Positions 1-6,200 of a stretch of 20,000 nt of DNA are shown piece after piece (within the stretch, counting starts at the first letter, position 1; every line of letters begins with the position of its first letter). A program made the position numbers and the translations under genes. The DNA comes from an uncultured virus (IMG/VR IMGVR_UViG_3300007961_000161) (lineage: Duplodnaviria > Heunggongvirae > Uroviricota > Caudoviricetes). Location: the IMG/VR virus record IMGVR_UViG_3300007961_000161; one strand, written 5' to 3'. The notes under the pieces were generated by a model. It saw only the letters and a program-made list of their open reading frames with translations. It was not told the origin of the DNA and did not search any database.

Positions 1-741
1 ATTGCCGAAGCCTGCCGCGCCGCCGAAGCCCTGGAAAAGGCTGGCGCTACCATCGACCGGACCTGCGGGCTCCATGTTCACTTCGACGCCGCCGCCTTTA
101 CCGCCGATGAACTCCGCACCGCCTGCATCCGCTACGCCAAGCACGAAAGAGAAATCGACGCCTTCATGCCGAGGAGCCGCCGCGGGAACGAAAACACCTA
201 CTGCAAGGCGACCACCGGATGCTTCCTGAACAACGCCTCCTTCGCAAGGGCGACCAGCAAGGAAAGCCTCGCCAGAAGCCAGGGAAGCCGCTACTTCAAG
301 GTCAACCTGCAGGCTTACCTCCGCCACCAGACCATCGAGTTCCGCCAGCATAGCGGCACAGTCGACAGCAGCAAGATTGAAAACTGGGTGCGCTTCCTCG
401 CCGCCTTCCTGGACGAGAGCGTCAGGGTCGCCCATCAGGGAACGAACGGCATCCGCCTCCAGCCCGCCCAGCAGAATCTGGTCGACCTCATCAGCCGCGA
501 CGGCGGGATGACCGCCGAAGCCCTGCAGGAGCGCCTCGGGCTCCTTCCGCACAGCCTGCGCGGAACCATCAGCCTCATCCGCAAGCGCGGGGTGAACATC
601 GTCAGCACCCGCGAAAACGGAACCACCATCTACCGCGCCTTCACCTCCAGCGAAGCGCCCCGCGAAGATGCCCTTTTCAACGGGGTGGACGAAAGCGTCC
701 GCGCCTTCTACGCCAGCCGCGCCGCAAGGCTGGCCGCCTAA
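1..741 (+). CDS. Phage amidoligase (Amidoligase_2 / COOH-NH2 ligase type), 5'-partial, with an embedded winged-HTH
   Basis: Frame 1 is open from base 1 (IAEACRAAEALEKAGATIDRTCGLHVHFDA...). It carries the family motifs CGLHVH, RY.KVN and TIEFRQHSGT. Confidence 0.88.
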   Translation: MAEACRAAEALEKAGATIDRTCGLHVHFDAAAFTADELRTACIRYAKHEREIDAFMPRSRRGNENTYCKATTGCFLNNASFARATSKESLARSQGSRYFKVNLQAYLRHQTIEFRQHSGTVDSSKIENWVRFLAAFLDESVRVAHQGTNGIRLQPAQQNLVDLISRDGGMTAEALQERLGLLPHSLRGTISLIRKRGVNIVSTRENGTTIYRAFTSSEAPREDALFNGVDESVRAFYASRAARLAA

Positions 742-751
742 TAAGGTACAC

Positions 752-771
752 GGGGAGGCGCGAGCCTCCCC
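752..771 (+). other. GC-rich hairpin with GNRA tetraloop after the amidoligase stop
   Basis: GGGGAGGC-GCGA-GCCTCCCC, a perfect 8-bp stem. There is no U-tract, so it may be a stability or pause element rather than a terminator. Confidence 0.6.
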
Positions 772-820
772 ATTGCATGATGCATTTCCACCATGTAAAA
801 TCAGCAAAGGAGAAACGATT

Positions 821-1048
821 ATGAGATACCGCTTCATCGACGGCTACGAGTTCGAAGCCAACACCGCTGAGGAAATCTGCACCGCCATCTGGAAGTCCAT
901 GAAGTTCAGCTTCCGGTCAAGCCTCCAGGAATGGATGGACGCCAACGCCTCAGTCATGAGCGAGGGGCTCGCCGAACCTCTCCGCACCGACAGTCCTGAA
1001 CACCATGTCGAGGATATGCTGGCGGCGGGGATAATCAGGAAAATTTAA
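821..1048 (+). CDS. Small hypothetical phage protein (75 aa, MRYRFIDGYEFEANTAEEIC...)
   Basis: Strong SD AAAGGAG at 806-812 before ATG 821; the ORF-track start at 668 is probably too long. Confidence 0.75.
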   Translation: MRYRFIDGYEFEANTAEEICTAIWKSMKFSFRSSLQEWMDANASVMSEGLAEPLRTDSPEHHVEDMLAAGIIRKI

Positions 1049-1072
1049 CCCTTTCTCCACCACGGAGGTGAT

Positions 1073-1105
1073 AACCGCTTCTCAATAACGGGGAGCGGTT
1101 TTATT
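1073..1105 (+). terminator. Probable intrinsic terminator
   Basis: AACCGCTTCTC-loop-GGGGAGCGGTT (two G-U pairs, favouring plus-strand RNA) followed by TTATT. Confidence 0.55.
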
Positions 1106-1203
1106 ATAATTATATGAAATAACACAATTTTTCTTGCTATAGCTTCAAGCCAATGGCAATGTCCCATCAACGAACGATGGAAATTGCCCGGAGGAGAAGC
1201 AGC

Positions 1204-1530
1204 ATGAAGAACATTCCCGCAACGCAGAACACGGAATTCGGATTTTACGGAACGATGGACGAACACGCCGAAGCAGCCTGGGGGATAGCGATGAAGCGCA
1301 TCGCCAAGGCTACGGGCAAGGATCACGAAGCCATCCGTGTATTCCTCGACAGCAGGCACGGACGCCACTTTGCCGATGATGTCCAGAACAACCTGTTTGA
1401 CGGGATGAGCCTTGACATGGCCATCGCCCGGGCTGTCAAAAGCTGGATGGAGTGGACGGCAAATAAGGCAACGGCGCAGGAATATGGCGTCGAAGCCGAC
1501 ACGCCGCTGCTCATCGCCATGATTGGCTAG
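1204..1530 (+). CDS. Conserved hypothetical prophage protein (108 aa; GFYGTM...FLDSRHGRHFADDV type)
   Basis: SD GGAGGAG at 1190-1196 before ATG 1204. The FLDSRHGRHFADD motif is recognised from small proteins next to MTase/terminase genes in proteobacterial prophages. Confidence 0.78.
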   Translation: MKNIPATQNTEFGFYGTMDEHAEAAWGIAMKRIAKATGKDHEAIRVFLDSRHGRHFADDVQNNLFDGMSLDMAIARAVKSWMEWTANKATAQEYGVEADTPLLIAMIG

Positions 1531-2753
1531 GACGGAGGAACGGCATCGAACTCAAGGCCATCAGATTCCCGCACCGCCTTTTTCCCCGAAAACTCCTGCC
1601 AGCGGCGGACGATGACGTCGGCGTACTTCGGATCAAGCTCCATCAGCCGGGCAACGCGCCCGGCTTTTTCGCAGGCTATGGCGGTGGTTCCGGAACCCGC
1701 GAAGCAGTCCAGGATGCTGTCGCCCGGTTCGCTGGAGTTCCGCAGGCAGCGTTCGAAAAGCTCGACGGGCTTCATGGTCGGATGGAATTCATTCCTGACC
1801 GGTTTTTTAATCTGCCATACGTCTCCCTGGTCACGGGCTCCGCACCAGTGTCTTTTCGCCCCCTCACGCCAGCCATAGAGCATCGGTTCGTACTGCCGCT
1901 GATAGTCGGAGCGCCCAAGCGTGAACCTGTCCTTCGCCCAAATGATGAAGGTACTCCAATGCCCGCCGCACTCCCGGAAAGCACTCTGCAAGGCGTCCAG
2001 CTCCGAAGATGACATGGCGATGTAGCATGCGCCGTCGCACCTCTCCAGCATCGGCTTCAGCGCCGAAACGAGGAAATCCTTGAAGCCAGCGCCGAGGTCA
2101 TCGTTCTGAATCGTTCCCGCAGCGCCCTGATACGCAACATTATACGGCGGATCAGTAACGACCAGGGCGGCATGTTCACCGTCCAGTAATCGCGCATAGT
2201 TTTCCTCCTTCGTGCAGTCGCCCACCAGCAACCGGTGCGGACCCATGATCCAGACATCGCCTTCGCGGGATACCGTCTCCTCTTGTTCTTCAGGAACGGC
2301 GTCCTCATCGGTGTTGCCTTGGATGTCAGGTTCTTCCTCGACCTCGGCAAGCATCCTGTCGATTTCGGCGTCGTCAAATCCCGTCATGGAAAGGTCGAAA
2401 TCTTCCTCTTTCAGTTCCGAAAGCTCGATGCGTAGCAGTTCACCATCCCAGCCGCTGCCATTGATGGCAAGCTGATTGTCTGCCAGGATATATGCGCGTT
2501 TCTGCGCTTCGGTGAGGTAGGCAAGCTCGATGACCGGCACCCGCGTCAGCCCCAGCTTCTTCGCTGCGAGCAGCCTGCAATGACCTGCCACGATGCCGTT
2601 CTTCCCGTCCACGAGGATGGGATTCGTCCAGCCGAACTCGCGGATGGACGCCGCCACCTTCGTGACCTGTTCGTCCGTGTGCGTCCTAGCGTTCCGGGCA
2701 TAGGGGATCAACGCCTCGACGGAGCGGTATTCGATCTTGATGTCATCCTTCAC
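1527..2753 (-). CDS. ParB-like N-terminal domain fused to N6/N4 DNA methyltransferase (beta class)
   Basis: N-terminal PYARNARTH...SIREFGWTNPILVD...AGHCRL...ADNQLA; catalytic DPPYN; HPTMKPV; motif I DCFAGSGTT; MELDPKYADVIVRRWQ. GTG start overlaps the upstream stop. Confidence 0.95.
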   Translation of the reverse strand: MKDDIKIEYRSVEALIPYARNARTHTDEQVTKVAASIREFGWTNPILVDGKNGIVAGHCRLLAAKKLGLTRVPVIELAYLTEAQKRAYILADNQLAINGSGWDGELLRIELSELKEEDFDLSMTGFDDAEIDRMLAEVEEEPDIQGNTDEDAVPEEQEETVSREGDVWIMGPHRLLVGDCTKEENYARLLDGEHAALVVTDPPYNVAYQGAAGTIQNDDLGAGFKDFLVSALKPMLERCDGACYIAMSSSELDALQSAFRECGGHWSTFIIWAKDRFTLGRSDYQRQYEPMLYGWREGAKRHWCGARDQGDVWQIKKPVRNEFHPTMKPVELFERCLRNSSEPGDSILDCFAGSGTTAIACEKAGRVARLMELDPKYADVIVRRWQEFSGKKAVRESDGLEFDAVPPS

Positions 2754-3028
2754 AGAGTTCCACCATATGAAAGAGCCGCCCGTAAGGCGGCTTCAATGAT
2801 TTCTTCGCAGTTCCTCGCATCATCTTCCTCTGCGAGTCGTGTCGAGATATTTTCGGTTATCGCAAAAATTCTCTGCGATAGTTCCTGTTCCCGTGAAAAC
2901 TGCCGTGCATCCATTTCCGAGATGTTCGCCAGTTTTTTCTCTCGGTTCTCATATGTTTTCTTCGCCAGCTTTGCAGCGTAGGTTTCCTTGAGGGTCCTCA
3001 GCTTCTGGTACTCGGCTGCATCAGCCAT
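2750..3028 (-). CDS. Truncated paralogue of the terminase small subunit C-terminal region (92 aa)
   Basis: SD GGGAG upstream of ATG 3028. Aligns without gaps to the C-terminal half of the 3021-3506 product at 24/80 identities (hand count), including YxAKLAK. Confidence 0.7.
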   Translation of the reverse strand: MADAAEYQKLRTLKETYAAKLAKKTYENREKKLANISEMDARQFSREQELSQRIFAITENISTRLAEEDDARNCEEIIEAALRAALSYGGTL

Positions 3029-3506
3029 GCATCGCTCCCAATGGGACATAGCGATCAGCCGATGCCATCGTGTCCAGGGCGTCGGTTAATGCTTCGCGGA
3101 GCAGTTCGGCGATTACTGCCGGATCTTTTTCAGCGGCACACATCGGTCCCAGTCTACGAGGGACGGTCATTAATCTGTCCCGTACTTGCCTAGCCCTGAG
3201 GAACACATCCCGGCAAAGCTCTCCAGCATCCGCTACGATTCCTTCACGCTCATCCAGTTCTAGTTTCGCGAGTTTTGCCTCATAGAGCAGCCGCATCTTT
3301 CTCGCCTTTCGGTAGGTCAGACCGGCTTCCTCCAAGGTCTCACCTTCATGAGGAGGGCGGGTGTTGGCTTCCCATTCGAGATCAGCGCGATCGGAATCTA
3401 TGGATCCGTCGTCCTCTCGATGGATGCGTCCGGAGGATATCGCTTTCTGCACAGCGGCAAGGCTGACACCTCTGTGCCGAGCATATGCACGAAGTGAAAT
3501 CCCCAT
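3021..3506 (-). CDS. Probable terminase small subunit (lambda Nu1-like, N-terminal HTH plus coiled coil)
   Basis: N-terminal SLRAYARHRGVSLAAVQKAISSGRI...DGSID...AD.EW; C-terminal YEAKLAKLELDEREG...RDRLMTVPRRLGP. Lies immediately downstream of a cos-like site. Confidence 0.8.
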   Translation of the reverse strand: MGISLRAYARHRGVSLAAVQKAISSGRIHREDDGSIDSDRADLEWEANTRPPHEGETLEEAGLTYRKARKMRLLYEAKLAKLELDEREGIVADAGELCRDVFLRARQVRDRLMTVPRRLGPMCAAEKDPAVIAELLREALTDALDTMASADRYVPLGAMHG

Positions 3507-3519
3507 GCTGAAAATACCC

Positions 3520-3700
3520 CAACAATGACAACCCGTTTCCCAATGAAAAAGCGCTCACCGATAAAACGGCAAGGCGCTGGTTTGTTTTGGTGAATCAGGA
3601 CCTCAAGCCAGACAACTGACAACCATTTTGCTATCTGTCGCTAGGCAATTCCCGCGGTGCCGGGCCACCCGCTTGAAATAATTGGAAAAAGGAACCGTAA
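3520..3700 (-). promoter_or_regulatory. Candidate cos packaging site (cosQ-like, cosN-like and repeat elements)
   Basis: Minus strand reads GGTTCCT...GCGG-GTGGCCCGGCAC-CGCGGG, resembling the lambda GGGTCCT...GGGCGGCGACCT-CGCGGG layout. TGACAACC repeats occur at 3526 and 3617. Confidence 0.55.
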
Positions 3701-3924
3701 TCGTAAAAACTCATAATCTTTTCAGTCAGTTGCCGATGTAGATTTTTCACGATTTGCCTTTCGCTTATCTCAACATTCAAGAGTGTTATGCTTGGCGGGG
3801 TGTCGAACGATTCCTTTCCGGATGTGCTGGGGATGAGCCCCAGACCCAATTCTCAATCGTATGGAATCATCCTGCATTAATGCTGCATTTACGGCAAGCG
3901 ACATTTTATTTTGGGTGTCGCTCT

Positions 3925-4326
3925 TTACGCAAAGCCATAATGCCTCGCCAATATGGACAGGCAAGCAAGGAAGATTCCTTTTGCTTCGCTCCGTTCATAT
4001 CCATCGGACGATGCCCATTCAGCGATGTTCATGCCCATGCCCAGCACTTTCCATGCCGCCTTTCCACACGGACTGCCCATGCCGCCGAGCCTGTCAATGG
4101 CGCGGAAAACGGACTGCCCGCGCATGATTGCCTGTTCTGTAGGTGAGGATACGGAATTGCTGCCGCCGTTGACTTTTTCATAATCTATGCTGCCGGCGCC
4201 GCCGCATTTCGCATCTGCGAACTGCTGCTGGAACTTGCGTCCGCCTTCATATTCCGCGGCATCAATATCACCGCGCTTCCTCATCATTGCCAAGACATCA
4301 ACGTCACGCTTCTGTTTCTTCTTCAT
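3925..4326 (-). CDS. Putative late-gene transcription regulator (DUF6456-like, 133 aa)
   Basis: ATG 4326 overlaps the SNF2 stop (ATGA) and has SD GGAG. Pattern VDVLAMM...G.I....YEGGRKF...A.DRLGG...VLGMGMNIAEWA...AKGIFLACLSILARHYG. Q-like position before cos/terS. Confidence 0.65.
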   Translation of the reverse strand: MKKKQKRDVDVLAMMRKRGDIDAAEYEGGRKFQQQFADAKCGGAGSIDYEKVNGGSNSVSSPTEQAIMRGQSVFRAIDRLGGMGSPCGKAAWKVLGMGMNIAEWASSDGYERSEAKGIFLACLSILARHYGFA

Positions 4327-5660
4327 CGTATCTCCGCCTTCACAGCGGCTATCAGCGCCGCCTGAGTCATGTCCTTGTTCTTCAGCGCCGCCATGACTTT
4401 TTCGTCGATCGTGCCCTTGGCGATGATGTGCTGGATTACGACCGTGCTTTTCTGTCCTTGCCGCCATAGCCTCGCGTTCGTCTGTTGGTACAATTCCAGC
4501 GACCATGTCACGCCGAACCAGACGAGGGTCGAGCCTCCCTGCTGGAGGTTGAGCCCATGTCCAGCCGATGCAGGATGGATACAGGCGACGGGGATGCGGC
4601 CGGCGTTCCAGTCGGAGATATCTGTTGATGTCTTTATCTCACGAACATCGAAGCGCTGCCTGATTCTCTCGATGTCATGTCTGAACCAGTAAGCGACCAG
4701 CAGTGGCTTGCTGTTCATGGATTCGATGATATCCTCCAGCGCGTCCAGCTTGCGATCATGAATCGCGATCACGGCATGCCCGTCATCATAGACCGCACCG
4801 TTTGCCATCTGACCCAGCTTGTTCGTCAGGACGCCGGCGCTCGCGGCCGTCACGTCCCCGTCGGGAAGGGAAAGGACGAGGTCGTTCTTCATCTTCGAAT
4901 ACGCCGCCTTCTCGTCATGCGACAGGAACACGGGGTATTCGGACATGACAAGCTCCGGCATCTTGAGATGGTCAGCCGCATTCATGGAAATGGTGATGTC
5001 AGATATCGCCCGGTAGATCGCGTCTTCCGCCCCCGGCAAAGGCCGCCATGAATAGGTGACGTGCCCGTTGCCTCCAGCCGAGGCGAAGTAGATGTCGCGG
5101 TACTGGTGGATGAACCTTCCTAGCCGCTGCCCCATGTCCAGCAGCTTGAACTCCGCCCACAGGTCCATCAGCCCGTTGCTGCTGGGGGTGCCGGTCAGCC
5201 CGACGATGCGCTTCACGCGGGGGCGCATCGACATCAGCGCCTTGAACCTCTTTGCCGTATGGCTCTTGAATGATGAAAGCTCGTCCACCACGACCATGTC
5301 GAAATCGAACGGCGCGTTTTCCACCAACCACGGTACGTTTTCTCGGTTGATGATGGTGATGTCTGCATGGGCTTCGACGGCCGCCTTTCTCTCGGCGGGG
5401 CTGCCAACGGCGACGGCGAACGTCAGGTGGGAGAGGTGGTCCCACTTGCCGATTTCGGCGGGCCAGGTGTCCCTCGCCACGCGGAGGGGGGCGATGACCA
5501 GGACGCGGGAGACCTCGAAGCTGTCGAACAACAGGCTGGCGACGGCGGTCAGCGTGATCACCGTTTTCCCAAGTCCCATTTCGAGTATGACCGCCGCCAC
5601 GGGATGCTCCTCGACATAGCCGATGGCGTATTTCTGATATTCATGCGGTGAGAATTTCAT
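4323..5660 (-). CDS. Phage SNF2-related DEAD/H helicase
   Basis: Walker A EMGLGKT, DELSSFK, LTGTP, PASAGHGLNLQ and QTNARLWRQGQ motifs. Confidence 0.95.
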   Translation of the reverse strand: MKFSPHEYQKYAIGYVEEHPVAAVILEMGLGKTVITLTAVASLLFDSFEVSRVLVIAPLRVARDTWPAEIGKWDHLSHLTFAVAVGSPAERKAAVEAHADITIINRENVPWLVENAPFDFDMVVVDELSSFKSHTAKRFKALMSMRPRVKRIVGLTGTPSSNGLMDLWAEFKLLDMGQRLGRFIHQYRDIYFASAGGNGHVTYSWRPLPGAEDAIYRAISDITISMNAADHLKMPELVMSEYPVFLSHDEKAAYSKMKNDLVLSLPDGDVTAASAGVLTNKLGQMANGAVYDDGHAVIAIHDRKLDALEDIIESMNSKPLLVAYWFRHDIERIRQRFDVREIKTSTDISDWNAGRIPVACIHPASAGHGLNLQQGGSTLVWFGVTWSLELYQQTNARLWRQGQKSTVVIQHIIAKGTIDEKVMAALKNKDMTQAALIAAVKAEIR

Positions 5661-5907
5661 CTATCTGCTCCTTGCCATCGATGACCAAAACATTGAATCC
5701 AAGCTGCCGAAGCTCCCCGTGCATCTTCATCTGCAGGGGACGGGGTTTTCTTCCCGGCGCTTTCAATTCGGCGAAGAACATCCTGCCTCCCGGAAGCAGC
5801 ACGATGCGGTCGGGCACTCCGGACGTTCCCGGCGACACGAATTTCAGCGCCATCCCGCCATGCTTTTTCACTGCGGTGCGGAGATGCCTTTCGATGTCTT
5901 TTTCCAT
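5641..5907 (-). CDS. VRR-NUC domain nuclease (PD-(D/E)XK)
   Basis: EKDIE...KFVSPGTSGVPDRIVLLPGGRMFFAELKAPG...LQ; canonical position between VirE and SNF2. Confidence 0.93.
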   Translation of the reverse strand: MEKDIERHLRTAVKKHGGMALKFVSPGTSGVPDRIVLLPGGRMFFAELKAPGRKPRPLQMKMHGELRQLGFNVLVIDGKEQIDEILTA

Positions 5908-5920
5908 TTTTGGCTCCCTT

Positions 5921-6200
5921 AATCACAGCAACACACAAAACACACGTTTTCCTATTAAATTCCTACGCGCGTATTTCGCGTATGCGCTATGCGCCAATTC
6001 CTTCTTTTTTCTCTCATTTAAATTATAAGGGAAAAGTTTGTGTTTTGTGATTGTATGCTGTTATGCGTTGAGTTCATTGAATATAATCCGTTCACAAACC
6101 GAGAGATGGATTGTTGCTTTCCTCCCCCGGTTTGTGTCTTGAAATCAGAATGGGATATCCGGGCAGTCACAATCGGAGCCACTGCTGCAATCACAATCTG
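5921..6200. repeat. Iteron-like CACAA/TTGTG repeats and inverted repeats flanking AT-rich DNA (candidate replication origin)
   Basis: 11-bp inverted repeat at 5934-5944/6039-6049, 9-bp inverted repeat at 6093-6101/6128-6136, TCACAATC direct repeat at 6167 and 6191, and palindrome TACGCGCGTA at 5964-5973. Confidence 0.6.

Noticed and set aside
4327..4506. N-terminal 60 aa of the 193-aa ORF
   Set aside because: It lies inside the SNF2 gene; the ATGA overlap and SD support a start at 4326.
6145..6200. Metal-binding DCDC...DCDC motif at the VirE C-terminus
   Set aside because: More simply explained as translation of the TCACAATC DNA repeats of the ori candidate.
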